Below, piece after piece: positions 21,412 to 31,770 of a stretch of 64,000 nt of DNA; the first letter of the stretch is position 1; every line of letters begins with the position of its first letter. Made by a program: the position numbers and the translations under genes. Origin of the DNA: Ignavibacteriales bacterium (GTDB taxonomy: Bacteria; Bacteroidota; Ignavibacteria; UBA10030; UBA8401); assembly GCA_026390635.1 (NCBI GenBank), contig JAPLFO010000139.1, positions 34,333 to 98,332 of the forward strand, written 5' to 3'. The notes under the pieces were generated by a model that worked only from the letters and a program-made list of their open reading frames with translations, had not been told where the DNA came from and ran no database searches.

Positions 21412-22776
21412 TCAGTTCCTAATGACGGGATAGGTTTCCAGTTCAGCCAGTGCTCGATCAATCTCTTCTGTCGGCAATTCGTAATCTTCCAGCTTGCCGT
21501 CGAGATATGCATCGTACGACGTCATGTCAAAATGCCCGTGGCCGCTGAGGTTGAAAAGTATTGTTTTCTTCGTGCCTTCGATCTTTGCTTTCTTCGCCTC
21601 TTCAATTGCAGCTTTGATTGCGTGCGCCGATTCCGGCGCAGGGATCAATCCTTCTGTGCGCGCAAACAACAGTGCGGCTTCAAAGACCTCCAGCTGCCTG
21701 TATGCCTGCGCCTCAATCAATCCGTCCAGATACACGCGACTGACAAGTGGAGACATGCCGTGATACCGCAATCCGCCCGCATGTATGGCGGGCGGCATGA
21801 ACGCGTGGCCAAGCGTATGCATGGGAAGCAAGGGTGTCATTTTTGCAATATCTCCAAAATCGTACCGAAACTGTCCTTTTGTCAGCGTTGGGCAGGAAGC
21901 CGGCTCGACTGCAATGGCGCGAAGTTTTTTTCCGCCGATCTTATCTTGTAGAAATGGAAACGCAATGCCGCCAAAATTCGATCCGCCGCCGACGCATCCG
22001 ATGATGATGTCGGGATAGCGATCAACTTTTTCCAGCTGCTTTTTCGCTTCCTGGCCGATGATCGTTTGGTGGAGCAGCACATGATTCAACACGCTGCCCA
22101 AGGCATAATTGGTGTCATCGCGCTTCGCGGCATCTTCCACCGCTTCACTGATTGCAATGCCGAGGCTGCCGTTGGAATCTGGAAATTTCGCAAGTACATC
22201 TCTGCCTGCCTGTGTATCCATGCTCGGGCTGGCAACCACTTCGCCGCCCCATACGCGCATCATCGAACGGCGATACGGCTTCTGGTGATAGCTGACTTTT
22301 ACCATATATACCTTGCACTCCAAGCCGAACATTTTACATGCCAGGCTGAGCGAGCTGCCCCACTGACCCGCACCCGTCTCCGTCGCAAGACGCTTTTTGC
22401 CTTCTTTTTTGTTGTAGTATGCCTGGGGAATTGCCGTGTTGGGTTTGTGGCTTCCCGCCGGACTGACGCCCTCGTATTTGAAATATATTTCTGCCGGCGT
22501 ATCAAGCGCCTTTTCGAGATTGAGCGCGCGAATGACCGGTGTGGGACGGTACATTCTGTAGGCGTCCTGAACTTCCTCGGGGATTTCAATATACCGTTCA
22601 TGGCTGACCTCCTGCTTGATCAGCTCCATTGGAAAGATCGCGGCAAGATCCTGCGGTCCGATCGGTTGGCCGGTGCCGGGATGCAGTGGAGGATCAAGCG
22701 GGTGCGGAAGATCGGCCTGAATATTGTAGTACGAGGTGGGCATTTCTTTTTCGAGAAGATGAATTTTTTGCTGCAT
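21412..22776 (-). CDS. trpB: tryptophan synthase beta chain, TrpB2 (long) type
   Basis: 454 aa PLP enzyme with the TrpB2-type N-terminal extension and …[16 protein letters not shown]… (PLP Lys). No trpA is adjacent. Confidence 0.85.
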   Translation of the reverse strand: MQQKIHLLEKEMPTSYYNIQADLPHPLDPPLHPGTGQPIGPQDLAAIFPMELIKQEVSHERYIEIPEEVQDAYRMYRPTPVIRALNLEKALDTPAEIYFKYEGVSPAGSHKPNTAIPQAYYNKKEGKKRLATETGAGQWGSSLSLACKMFGLECKVYMVKVSYHQKPYRRSMMRVWGGEVVASPSMDTQAGRDVLAKFPDSNGSLGIAISEAVEDAAKRDDTNYALGSVLNHVLLHQTIIGQEAKKQLEKVDRYPDIIIGCVGGGSNFGGIAFPFLQDKIGGKKLRAIAVEPASCPTLTKGQFRYDFGDIAKMTPLLPMHTLGHAFMPPAIHAGGLRYHGMSPLVSRVYLDGLIEAQAYRQLEVFEAALLFARTEGLIPAPESAHAIKAAIEEAKKAKIEGTKKTILFNLSGHGHFDMTSYDAYLDGKLEDYELPTEEIDRALAELETYPVIRN

Positions 22777-23031
22777 GATGAATCTCCTTTTGAATAGTGT
22801 GAATGGTGATTTTGATTCTATATAACTCGGAAGAACTCAGAGCAAAAACACTTTGTCACAGAGAAAAAGATGAGAGCGCAGAGCCCTTGGGGGCGCCAAG
22901 CGGAGCCGAGGCGAGGCGTCCGGTGTAACCATTCTACCGCTCGCGGTCCTCTCGATTCCGCTCGATGACCGCCCTTTTCTCTGTGCTATCTGTGGCTATC
23001 TTTTGTCACCGAGTATTTTCTGTCTGCTGAG

Positions 23032-23120
23032 CAAAAAAAAATCGCGGGTTCTTTTGCGAACCCACGATTTCTTCCTTTGACGTACAAAAAAAGTGGGAAC
23101 GCTTTTTCCGGCGTTCCCAC
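23032..23120 (-). terminator. two tandem rho-independent terminators downstream of the thioredoxin-like gene
   Basis: On the minus strand: tcgtgggttc-gcaaaa-gaacccgcga followed by T9 (23032-23070), and aagtgggaacgc-loop-gcgttcccactt followed by T7 (23086-23120). Confidence 0.55.
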
Positions 23121-23293
23121 TTGAACTTTCAGCTATAGTTACTCAGTGTGGTTGAGACGCCGGTATTCGCCAACGCCACCACCAATTTTGCGTTCGTATG
23201 ATTGAATTGCTTTTCATGATAATATATCATACAAAAGAAGCGATAAAATGTCAAGCACTCTCTTATGAACTCTTGGTTCTTTTTTGCGGGGCA

Positions 23294-23845
23294 CTATGAG
23301 CGCCACTTGATGGAGCAGCCCATGGAGTGGTACTGTTTTTCCGCAACCGGTTTGCCCGCCGCGAGAGCAAGGACTGCCTCCTTCAATTCCCGCTGTGTGA
23401 CCTTTGATTCATCCTGCCAGTTGTCGTCGATCCGTCCATGATAGACCAGTGTTTGGGCCGGCCCGAAGAGATAAATGTCCGGCGTGCATTGCGCTTTGAA
23501 GGAACGCGCAACCGCCTGTGTTTCGTCTACAAGATAGGGAAAGGGGATTTTCCACTCAGCGATTTTTTTCTTCATCTGCCCGGGCGCATCATCCGGATAT
23601 GCCGGATTAATGTTGGGATTAATGGCAACCGTTTCTATTCCCAGCCTTTTTGCTACTTCGGCAATCCGGATCACTCTGGGCCATACCGCAATTGCGTACG
23701 GACAATGATTGCAGGTGATGACCACCAGCAGGCCTTTGCGCCCAAAGATCCGCCTGCTGTCGTGAGTTTTTTCGAACGGATCGTGAAGAACGAAATGTTC
23801 AATCGGAGTGCCCAATGGAATATCTACTGATTCAAGAAGCGCCAT
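23294..23845 (-). CDS. thioredoxin-fold thiol-disulfide oxidoreductase family protein
   Basis: 183 aa with a CNHCPY CxxC active-site motif in a thioredoxin-like context. Confidence 0.65.
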   Translation of the reverse strand: MALLESVDIPLGTPIEHFVLHDPFEKTHDSRRIFGRKGLLVVITCNHCPYAIAVWPRVIRIAEVAKRLGIETVAINPNINPAYPDDAPGQMKKKIAEWKIPFPYLVDETQAVARSFKAQCTPDIYLFGPAQTLVYHGRIDDNWQDESKVTQRELKEAVLALAAGKPVAEKQYHSMGCSIKWRS

Positions 23846-24124
23846 TGTGATTCCTCTCTGTTGGATGCAATTGTTCTATTAGATTCATTCTATCGGCGAG
23901 TGATTCTTTGATAACGCTTGTCTTCGCTGTTTTTTTTAAGATCATCTACACTGTTCTTGTGGAGACGTTCCCCTTGAACAAATTACGAAGATTCTACGGC
24001 TATTTGCAAACCCCCGTTCGTTCCCGGGGGGAATGGATCGCAAGCCAACGTCTCAATCCTCCATTGCATTATTGGCTCTCTTTCGCTACTTTCTAGCACA
24101 ATTGAGAGAATAGGGATCCCAGAA

Positions 24125-25552
24125 ATGTCTCGTCGCACACACCTTTCGTTTGCCGTTGTTACTCTAATCCTCCTAGCTGTCGCATCACCACTATCTGCCC
24201 AAAACTTTCAAGCTGAGCGGGCCCGCAAAATATCTGCACAGCCATCCCGGCCATCCGCAGAATGGGTGCGCGACGGAATTATCTACGAAATCTATCCGCG
24301 TTCATTCTCATCCGAAGGCACCTTTGCGGGTATCGAGAAAAGACTTCCGGAACTGAAAGCGCTTGGTGTCACCATTCTCTGGCTCATGCCCATTCATCCG
24401 GTCGGAGTGGTCAAGCGGAAGGGCCCCCTGGGCAGCCCATATTCGATCAGCGACTATTATGGAATCAATCCGGAGTTTGGCACTCTCGATGACTTTAAGC
24501 GACTCCTTACCGGTGCTCACGCTCTCGGCTTTCACCTTATTATAGATCTTGTGGCAAATCATACATCATGGGACAGCAAAATAATCCGAGAACATCCGGA
24601 ATGGTTCAAGAAAGATTCTGCGGGGACCATCGTCCCGCCGAATCCGGACTGGACGGATGTTGCGCATTTGGATTATTCCAAACCGGCGCTGCGACGATAT
24701 ATGATCGACATGTTGAAATACTGGGTGCGTGATGTCGGCATCGACGGCTTTCGTTGCGATGTTTCAGAAATGGTCCCGGTGGATTTTTGGAATGAGGCGC
24801 GGACTGCACTCGACAGCATCAGAACAATTATGATGCTCTCGGAGGGCGCCGATCCCGAACAGCACTTGAAAGCATTTGATATCACCTACGATTGGGACGT
24901 CTATCATGTGATCGCTCCGGTGTTATCCGGTGAGGCAACTGCGCGGGACTTGGATCGTGTTCTGAATCTCCAGGAATTGAGATTTCCGAAAAACGCGCTG
25001 CATCTTCGCTTCAGTTCAAACCATGACGAGAACGCCTGGGACATGGCAGATGTTGAAAAATTCGGGGTTGATGGCGCCAAGCTTGCCGCGGTTCTGGTGA
25101 ACACGCTTCCCGGCGTTCCTCTGCTCTATAACGGACAGGAGTCTGGAAATCCGGTAAAACTCAAGCTGTTTGAAAAAGTCCCGATTCAATGGAACTCTTC
25201 CGGAAATTTCCGGGAATTCTATACGAAGCTTTACCGCATTCGTGCATCGCATCCGGCGCTGACGGAAAAAACCATGGAGCGAATACCTTCTTCTAACGAT
25301 CGCCAGATTTTTGCGTACCTCCGAATCGCCGCGCACGATACGGTCCTGGTCGTCCTGAATTTCGGGCGTTTTCCGTTCGAGGGAGTACTCGATTTCTCCC
25401 AGACAGGAATCATGGTAAAAGAAACTGCCGCGTGGAAGAATGCTTTTTCCGATATCGTGATTTCGTCGGGCATGACACCGGAAAGGCGACTTTTTCTGAC
25501 TATCCCGGCAACGGGATTCGGTGTATATTCTTTAATCAACGATTCTCGATAG
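24125..25552 (+). CDS. secreted GH13 alpha-amylase family glycoside hydrolase
   Basis: 475 aa with a signal peptide and GH13 conserved regions (DLVANH, GFRCDV, …EGAD…, FSSNHD). Confidence 0.8.
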   Translation: MSRRTHLSFAVVTLILLAVASPLSAQNFQAERARKISAQPSRPSAEWVRDGIIYEIYPRSFSSEGTFAGIEKRLPELKALGVTILWLMPIHPVGVVKRKGPLGSPYSISDYYGINPEFGTLDDFKRLLTGAHALGFHLIIDLVANHTSWDSKIIREHPEWFKKDSAGTIVPPNPDWTDVAHLDYSKPALRRYMIDMLKYWVRDVGIDGFRCDVSEMVPVDFWNEARTALDSIRTIMMLSEGADPEQHLKAFDITYDWDVYHVIAPVLSGEATARDLDRVLNLQELRFPKNALHLRFSSNHDENAWDMADVEKFGVDGAKLAAVLVNTLPGVPLLYNGQESGNPVKLKLFEKVPIQWNSSGNFREFYTKLYRIRASHPALTEKTMERIPSSNDRQIFAYLRIAAHDTVLVVLNFGRFPFEGVLDFSQTGIMVKETAAWKNAFSDIVISSGMTPERRLFLTIPATGFGVYSLINDSR

Positions 25553-25601
25553 GCATGACGTTCGAATCGTCGCCTTCAGACAACCAACAAAGGATTCGGC
25601 T

Positions 25602-26756
25602 ATGGCAAAACATGAGCGCTTGATTTCGCTGGATGCATTTCGCGGCTTCACCATCGCCGGGATGATGCTGGTCAACAATCCAGGATCGTGGGGAATCATC
25701 TACCCGCAGCTGAAACACGCCGCCTGGAACGGGTGGACGTTTACTGATTTTATTTTTCCCTTCTTTCTCTGGATCGTCGGCGTGGCGATGACATTTTCTT
25801 TTGCGTATCGCAAAGAACGCGGCGATTCTGACAGCAAGCTGATGCTTCAGGTTTTCCGCCGCGCAGTGATCATTTTTCTGCTGGGGCTCCTTCTTTCCTC
25901 ATTTCCGTTCGGGCTCTTCGGCACAACCTTCTCGTTTGCGACATTGCGAATTCCGGGAGTGCTCCAGCGCATCGCAATCTGTTATTTTATCGCGTCACTT
26001 ATTTATCTGAAGACTTCGTTCCGCGGACAGATTCGTGTGATCGCTCTTTTGTTGGGTGGATACTGGCTTGCGGTCAGAATGATTCCGGTTCCCGGCTACG
26101 CTACCGGCGGATTGGACCCGATGGGCAATCTTGTCTGGTTCATCGATTCGGTGCTCTTGAAGGGACACACGTGGGGCGGCGCTCCCGCTCTGGGCGGTGA
26201 TCCCGAAGGACTTTTCAGCACAATTCCCGCAATCGCAACGACACTTTTCGGCACGCTTACCGGACAGTATCTGCGCAATTCCAACCACTCCAAAGAAGAG
26301 AAAACAATTTGGATGTTTGTATTCGGTTCTGCGCTTCTCTTTTTCGGCGCATGGTTCGACATGTATCTGCCGATCAACAAAAACATGTGGACAAGTTCAT
26401 ATTCAATCTTCATGGCTGGTTGGGCGATGACCATCTTCTCGATTTTCTATTTCCTGATCGATGTGAAGGGATATAAAAAATGGTCAACTCCGCTGGTCAT
26501 CTACGGAATGAATGCAATTTTCGTTTTTGTGCTCTCCGGTGTGCTGGGAAGAATAATGGGCCTTATCAAGTTTAACGTCATGCTGAGCGACGGAACTCTT
26601 GCCAATGTGGGACTGAAAACACTTATCGTCCAGAATCTGATTAATCCGTTCTTCTCCCCCCTGATGGCATCGTTGGTCTTTGCTATCCTTTGGGATTTGA
26701 TGCTGTTCTTGTTTGCGTGGGGTATGTGGAAAAAGAAATGGTTCTTGAAGGTGTAG
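25602..26756 (+). CDS. membrane acyltransferase-like protein (DUF5009/DUF1624, HGSNAT-like)
   Basis: 384 aa polytopic membrane protein with N-terminal ISLDAFRGFTIAGMMLVNNPG, typical of the heparan-alpha-glucosaminide N-acetyltransferase-like family. Confidence 0.6.
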   Translation: MAKHERLISLDAFRGFTIAGMMLVNNPGSWGIIYPQLKHAAWNGWTFTDFIFPFFLWIVGVAMTFSFAYRKERGDSDSKLMLQVFRRAVIIFLLGLLLSSFPFGLFGTTFSFATLRIPGVLQRIAICYFIASLIYLKTSFRGQIRVIALLLGGYWLAVRMIPVPGYATGGLDPMGNLVWFIDSVLLKGHTWGGAPALGGDPEGLFSTIPAIATTLFGTLTGQYLRNSNHSKEEKTIWMFVFGSALLFFGAWFDMYLPINKNMWTSSYSIFMAGWAMTIFSIFYFLIDVKGYKKWSTPLVIYGMNAIFVFVLSGVLGRIMGLIKFNVMLSDGTLANVGLKTLIVQNLINPFFSPLMASLVFAILWDLMLFLFAWGMWKKKWFLKV

Positions 26757-26782
26757 CTGTCTTTGCTGACGGCGTGCTTAAA

Positions 26783-26818
26783 AAGAAACAGCCCCGATAA
26801 CGGGGCTGTTTCTTTTTC
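26783..26818. terminator. bidirectional rho-independent terminator
   Basis: gaaacagccccg-ATAA-cggggctgtttc with A-run and T-run on both sides. Lies between the convergent DUF5009 and yidC genes. Confidence 0.6.
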
Positions 26819-26856
26819 TATCCTGAAAACCGCGAAAAACTCGCACTCACCTGAAA

Positions 26857-28671
26857 TCAGTTTCTTTTTTTAGGCAGCTTCGGCAAATTCTTCGTTAAGG
26901 AATTCATAATCCCGCCGCCGCCTTTTTTCGGTGTCACTTTCTGCAGCGGCTGATTATCGTGCTGCTTGTTCACAAAGAACTGCTGACCGATGGAGAGAAT
27001 ATTGAAAACAAAGTAATACAGATTTAGTCCGGACGGGAAGTTGTTGAACAAAAGCCACATCATGATCGGCATCATCCAGACCATGCTTTTCTGACGCGGG
27101 TCGGTCACCGTCATCTTCTGCTGAACGAACATTGTGATACCCATCAGCAGCGCTACGCCGCTCAGTGCGTGGACGCCAAACAGCGGCAGCGTAAACGGCA
27201 GGCTCAGAACAACATCCGGAACGGAAAGATCTTTAATCCACCAGAAAAATTCCGCATGCCGAAGGTTGATCGACGTCGTAAAGAGCGTATAGAGCGCATA
27301 GAGAATCGGCATCTGCAGTAGCAGCGGCAGACATCCGCCGGCCGGATTGACGCCGTAGTCTTTGTAGAGCTTCATCACCTGCTCGTTCATCTTTGCAGGA
27401 TCGTCTTTGTATTTTACCTTGATCTCTTCCATCATCGGCTGGAGAGCCTGCATCTTCTTCATCGACTTCATGCTGTTTTTGTTCAGCGGATGAAGGGCGA
27501 CTTTGATGAGGATGGAGAAGAGGATGATTACGATGCCGTAGTTCGGGATGAAGAGATGCAAAAAGCGAAATAGCGGCATGAATATGTAGTTGTTCAACGG
27601 CCGGATCCAGGACCATCCCATGCTGAGTATGTTGTCCAGGCTGCGCCCAATATTTTTGATTACTGTGAAGTCCAATGGACCAAGAAACACGGTGAAGGAT
27701 GTTGTTTCTTCCATTCCGTTTTTGTAAGGCACTTTGAGGCCGATGGAATAATGCTCAAGAGCTCCGCCGGATGGTGCGCTCTCATGTTTGCCGCCGAGAT
27801 ATCCCCCTTGCGCTTTTTTGTCATCAGAGAGGAGGGCAACGGCAAAATATTTTGTGCGCGCAGCCACCCAGTCTGTCGAACCATTGGTATTCGATTCCGG
27901 TAATTCTCCGACTTTGGCTGCATCGATCTCGCTCAGTTCGCCTCCGGCAAAAAGGAATGCTTTCGCAGACTGCGATTCGTCGACGCTGTTGTATTCCGCA
28001 TAGCGAAGACCGCTTTCCCAGACCACCTGGTACTCATAATTGGCAATAACCCGCTGCACCCCTTTGAATGTCACCGCCGCATTGAACGTATAGTCGCCGT
28101 TCTTAAAGCGAAGTGTTTTGATAATGCTTCCGTCGCCGGCTTTCAGCTCAAAGGCAACAGTGTACTCCTCGCTTCCCGTCAGCGTCACGGATTGCGATGT
28201 CCGGAATGATCCATCAAAAAAGAGCGAACGGGTGTTGATGAGCTTTCCGTCGGTGGTATTGAAGAGGAGTGAAAAATCTCCCTGCTCCGGCGACTGCACC
28301 AGCTGCACGGGATTTCCATCCCATGTTTTGTACTGTTTCATCTCCCACGTACGGATGACGCCGCCTTTGGTGGAAAGTACTGCTTTGTACTGATCTGTTT
28401 CAATCGTCAACAAGCGTTCTGTCCCATTCGCTGCTCCGGAAAAATACTTTCCCAGTGTATCGCGCAGTGATGCGTCTTCCGGCACGGATGTCGTAACAGA
28501 TTCTTTCTGCTGCGAACGTTGTGCGGCAGCCGGTTTTGCGTGGGCCGAGTCTTTTGTCAACTCGGACTTTGATTTCAACTCCTGCTTGTTGGGGTTTGGC
28601 GAAGAGTACCACATCCACGCCATCAATACCACCGCGATGAGAACAAATCCTATTGTTGACTGTTTATCCAT
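26857..28671 (-). CDS. yidC: membrane protein insertase YidC
   Basis: 604 aa with an N-terminal TM, a large periplasmic domain and the C-terminal 5-TM YidC/Oxa1 core. Confidence 0.9.
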   Translation of the reverse strand: MDKQSTIGFVLIAVVLMAWMWYSSPNPNKQELKSKSELTKDSAHAKPAAAQRSQQKESVTTSVPEDASLRDTLGKYFSGAANGTERLLTIETDQYKAVLSTKGGVIRTWEMKQYKTWDGNPVQLVQSPEQGDFSLLFNTTDGKLINTRSLFFDGSFRTSQSVTLTGSEEYTVAFELKAGDGSIIKTLRFKNGDYTFNAAVTFKGVQRVIANYEYQVVWESGLRYAEYNSVDESQSAKAFLFAGGELSEIDAAKVGELPESNTNGSTDWVAARTKYFAVALLSDDKKAQGGYLGGKHESAPSGGALEHYSIGLKVPYKNGMEETTSFTVFLGPLDFTVIKNIGRSLDNILSMGWSWIRPLNNYIFMPLFRFLHLFIPNYGIVIILFSILIKVALHPLNKNSMKSMKKMQALQPMMEEIKVKYKDDPAKMNEQVMKLYKDYGVNPAGGCLPLLLQMPILYALYTLFTTSINLRHAEFFWWIKDLSVPDVVLSLPFTLPLFGVHALSGVALLMGITMFVQQKMTVTDPRQKSMVWMMPIMMWLLFNNFPSGLNLYYFVFNILSIGQQFFVNKQHDNQPLQKVTPKKGGGGIMNSLTKNLPKLPKKRN

Positions 28672-28694
28672 TTACGTTGCTCCACCTCTGAAAA

Positions 28695-28907
28695 TTATTG
28701 TACCGGATCGTAGCCGCCTTTGTGCCACGGATGACATTTGCCGATGCGCCGTACTGTATGCCACAGTCCTTTCACGGCACCGAACTTCTGAAGAGCATCA
28801 ATGGAATATTGGGAACATGTGGGATAAAACCTGCATGTGTTTGCAGGAAGAAGGGGTGATATCAGGGTCTGATAGAGCCTGACCAATGCGATCAACACCA
28901 GCTTCAC
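28695..28907 (-). CDS. yidD: membrane protein insertion efficiency factor YidD
   Basis: 70 aa, …[39 protein letters not shown]…. Confidence 0.85.
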   Translation of the reverse strand: MKLVLIALVRLYQTLISPLLPANTCRFYPTCSQYSIDALQKFGAVKGLWHTVRRIGKCHPWHKGGYDPVQ

Positions 28908-28910
28908 GGC

Positions 28911-29336
28911 CTACTCCATCGATGCGAGGATTTTTGCGGCGATCTCATTCCAGTCCTCCTGCAAAGACCGGAGAGATGCCCCGTGTGAAACGGGGCTGCT
29001 GCGTTGTTGATATACCAGAACAATCCGCAGATCTCTGGTATATTCATCTGCGGCGACGCGAAGTATGGTTGCCTTCATCCGATATGCCTCGCGCATCAGT
29101 CGTTTGATTCTATTCCGATCAACTGCGCGCGGCACTCTTTTTTTGGGAACAGCAAAGCCTGTTTTGACTCCCGCGCTCCGGTTATTGCTTTTTGTGTCAG
29201 CGCTTCGTTGAAGCATAACGACGTGGCACAGAAGACAGCCAGAGCGGACGCGTACACCGTTCCGGACGACATCCGCAAAGGCCTTAAAGCCCCGAAGTAT
29301 ATCCGTTTTTTGAAGAGTGTTACGCACACCTGTCAT
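28911..29336 (-). CDS. rnpA: ribonuclease P protein component
   Basis: Basic about 140-aa protein with an RnpA-like RNR motif region (…KKRVPRAVDRNRIKRLMREA…). Lies in the conserved rpmH-rnpA-yidD-yidC context. Confidence 0.8.
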   Translation of the reverse strand: MTGVRNTLQKTDILRGFKAFADVVRNGVRVRSGCLLCHVVMLQRSADTKSNNRSAGVKTGFAVPKKRVPRAVDRNRIKRLMREAYRMKATILRVAADEYTRDLRIVLVYQQRSSPVSHGASLRSLQEDWNEIAAKILASME

Positions 29337-29359
29337 AGGGGATGTTTGATGCCGGGCGG

Positions 29360-29503
29360 CTACTCGTCGCTAACGCTTAGTTTGTGGCGCCCTTTTGCTC
29401 TGCGGCGGGAAAGAACTTTGCGTCCGTTCTTCGTGGACATCCGTTCGCGGAAACCGTGTGTATTCTTGCGCTTCCGATTGTGTGGCTGAAAAGTGCGTTT
29501 CAT
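29360..29503 (-). CDS. rpmH: 50S ribosomal protein L34
   Basis: Not in the ORF track (47 aa). Manual reverse-complement translation gives [47 protein letters not shown]. Confidence 0.9.
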   Translation of the reverse strand: MKRTFQPHNRKRKNTHGFRERMSTKNGRKVLSRRRAKGRHKLSVSDE

Positions 29504-29697
29504 CAAAAACTCCTGTGTTTCAAATAAAAAAGGGGTGCCGTCGGCAATCCTTTGCGTATGTCAAATGAAAATAGGAAAAAAAAAGACCATAAACAAGAGG
29601 CGTCGTCTCCCTTTTTTTGCATTTTTGTCTTGACAACCCTTCAATTTTTAATGTATTATTAGTGTTCGAGGTATGGTGTTCTGGAGTGTTGACAAAA

Positions 29698-29930
29698 TGT
29701 TGATAACCTTTCCCCATCCACACCCTGTTTTTGCCCTTGACTTTGTAGCCCGAAATTGAATCTTTTTGGGATGTGAATAACTGGTAAATAAGTCTATCGA
29801 TGTGTTATATGTCAATAAGTTAGCGCGGTTTATCTTATGTTATTAATTTTTTGATCGGTCTAAGTTATTAACTAACGCTTTTCCTCTTTGTTGATAAGTA
29901 TGTTGATAACTTTACGGGAACTGTGAATAA
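29698..29930. promoter_or_regulatory. DnaA-box cluster in the rpmH/dnaA divergent intergenic region (dnaA autoregulation and/or left part of a bipartite oriC)
   Basis: 9-mers matching TTATNCACA, all in the same orientation as read on the minus strand: tgttgataa at 29698, 29889 and 29901; tgtgaataa at 29772 and 29922; ccatccaca at 29715. An AT-rich tract lies at 29760-29880. Three boxes sit within 45 nt of the dnaA ATG. Confidence 0.55.
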
Positions 29931-29933
29931 CCT

Positions 29934-31349
29934 ATGGAACATGTTACGACTTCCCATCTAAGCAGCCTAGAAACAGCGGAAGCAGGAGGGGTTTGGGAGA
30001 AATGCCTCTCTCTTGTCAAGCCACAAATTCCCACACAAAGCTACAAAACGTGGTTTGAACCCATTCGACCGGTGAAAATCGGCGAAGATGGAGAATTGGT
30101 GGTCAACGTCCCCAGCCAATTTTTTTATGAGTGGTTGGAAGAGCACTATGCGCCGTTGATAAAGAACACTATCACACAATTATTGGGCGGTTTGGGACGC
30201 CTCACGTACATCGTCGTCCCCCCGGACGAATCGGACGCTCCTGTTCCCGTACTTCTGAAGGAACGCGCCGTTGCTCCTCCCCCGCTGGTCCAGATGGAAG
30301 AGCTGCTTCCACCGATCCGTTCTCATCTGAATCCGCGTAATACCTTTGCGAATTTCATCAAGGGGGAGAGCAACCAGCTCGCAAGGGCGGCGGCAACAGC
30401 GGTTGCAAATAATCCCGGAGGAACATCTTTCAATCCCCTCGTCATCTACGGGGGAACCGGATTGGGAAAGACGCATCTTGTTCAGGCAATCGGCAACAGC
30501 TCACTGGAATCTGGAAAGGCAAAACGCGTCGATTATGTCTCCAGCGAGAAATTCATGGTCGAGTTCGTGGAGTCCATCAAGTCCGACACAATGGCACACT
30601 TTTCGAACTACTATCGAAGCATGGATATTTTAATAGTCGACGACATCCAGTTCCTTGCCGGAAAAGAAAAGACACAGGATAGTTTCTTCCATACATTTAA
30701 CACGCTTCACCAGTTGGGAAAACAGATTGTCCTTTCATCGGACAGGGCTCCCAAAGATTTAAAGGGACTCGATGACCGTCTCTTGTCCCGATTTCAGTGG
30801 GGATTGACGGCTGACATCCAGCCGCCGGATCTGGAAACCAGAACAGCCATTCTGCGCAAGAAGTGCGATGATGACAGTATTGATATGCCGCAGGAAGTCT
30901 TGGATTTTATGGCGGCAAATGTCACTTCCAATATCCGCGAATTGGAGGGATGTTATATCAGCCTTCTTGCAAAGTCATCTCTCGAAAACAGAGAGATCAA
31001 CATCGATCTTGCACGTGATGTGCTCCGAATCGTCGTCAATGATGTCAGAATGCCGATTACTGTCGATGCTATTCAACGCACCGTGGCAGAGTACTATGAC
31101 ATTCCTACGGATCTGTTGCGTGCAAAAACCCGGCGACAGGAGATTGTTACTGCCCGCCAGGCGGCGATGTATCTTGCAAAGGAAATGACCAATTGTTCGC
31201 TGAAGACCATTGGGCTTCATTTTGGAGGCCGCGACCACAGCACGGTAATTCATGCATACCAATGCGTCGAGGATCAGCTCAAGACAGATTCCACCTTCAG
31301 AGACACGCTCGATCAGATGCGGAAAAAGATCACCAACACTTCTCGCTGA
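29934..31349 (+). CDS. dnaA: chromosomal replication initiator protein DnaA
   Basis: 471 aa with AAA+ (GGTGLGKTHL), sensor motifs and a C-terminal DNA-binding domain (…HSTVIHA…). Confidence 0.95.
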   Translation: MEHVTTSHLSSLETAEAGGVWEKCLSLVKPQIPTQSYKTWFEPIRPVKIGEDGELVVNVPSQFFYEWLEEHYAPLIKNTITQLLGGLGRLTYIVVPPDESDAPVPVLLKERAVAPPPLVQMEELLPPIRSHLNPRNTFANFIKGESNQLARAAATAVANNPGGTSFNPLVIYGGTGLGKTHLVQAIGNSSLESGKAKRVDYVSSEKFMVEFVESIKSDTMAHFSNYYRSMDILIVDDIQFLAGKEKTQDSFFHTFNTLHQLGKQIVLSSDRAPKDLKGLDDRLLSRFQWGLTADIQPPDLETRTAILRKKCDDDSIDMPQEVLDFMAANVTSNIRELEGCYISLLAKSSLENREINIDLARDVLRIVVNDVRMPITVDAIQRTVAEYYDIPTDLLRAKTRRQEIVTARQAAMYLAKEMTNCSLKTIGLHFGGRDHSTVIHAYQCVEDQLKTDSTFRDTLDQMRKKITNTSR

Positions 31350-31391
31350 GACCGAGGAACCTTCCAACCACGTTGAATTCTTTGCCGCTCA

Positions 31392-31770
31392 TTCTGTGGA
31401 ATTACTACTATTTCCTTCTTTCTTAATTCTTTTTCCGGTGTTCATAATTCTGTGGATACCTTGTTGGCCACTGTGAATCCATTGTGAACATCTTCTATTA
31501 TATTGAGCGTGTGCATTCCCAACCGGCGTTTTTTGTGGATAACATAACATTTATCCACGTTGCATTCACAAATTGAGAACTTCCAAATGTATGTTTTCAC
31601 CCCATGGTTACTGCATAATTATTCAATCTTAAAAAGATTGTCCACATATCCACCGTAATACTAATCTTCTTCTTTCTTTTATTCTTAAATCTATTATATA
31701 TATAGATACGACTGAGTATAGAAATTACGTTACTATATATCGATTACCCTATCATTTTCAGGAGAATTAT
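31392..31770. other. candidate oriC: DnaA-box cluster plus AT-rich DNA unwinding element
   Basis: A perfect box tgtggataa at 31534-31542. Near-perfect boxes at 31451-31459 (tgtggatac), 31551-31559 (ttatccacg) and 31638-31646 (ttgtccaca), plus weaker ones at 31392, 31471, 31483 and 31564. A very AT-rich block at 31656-31770 (…ttattcttaaatctattatatatatagatacgact…) lies immediately downstream of dnaA. Confidence 0.6.
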
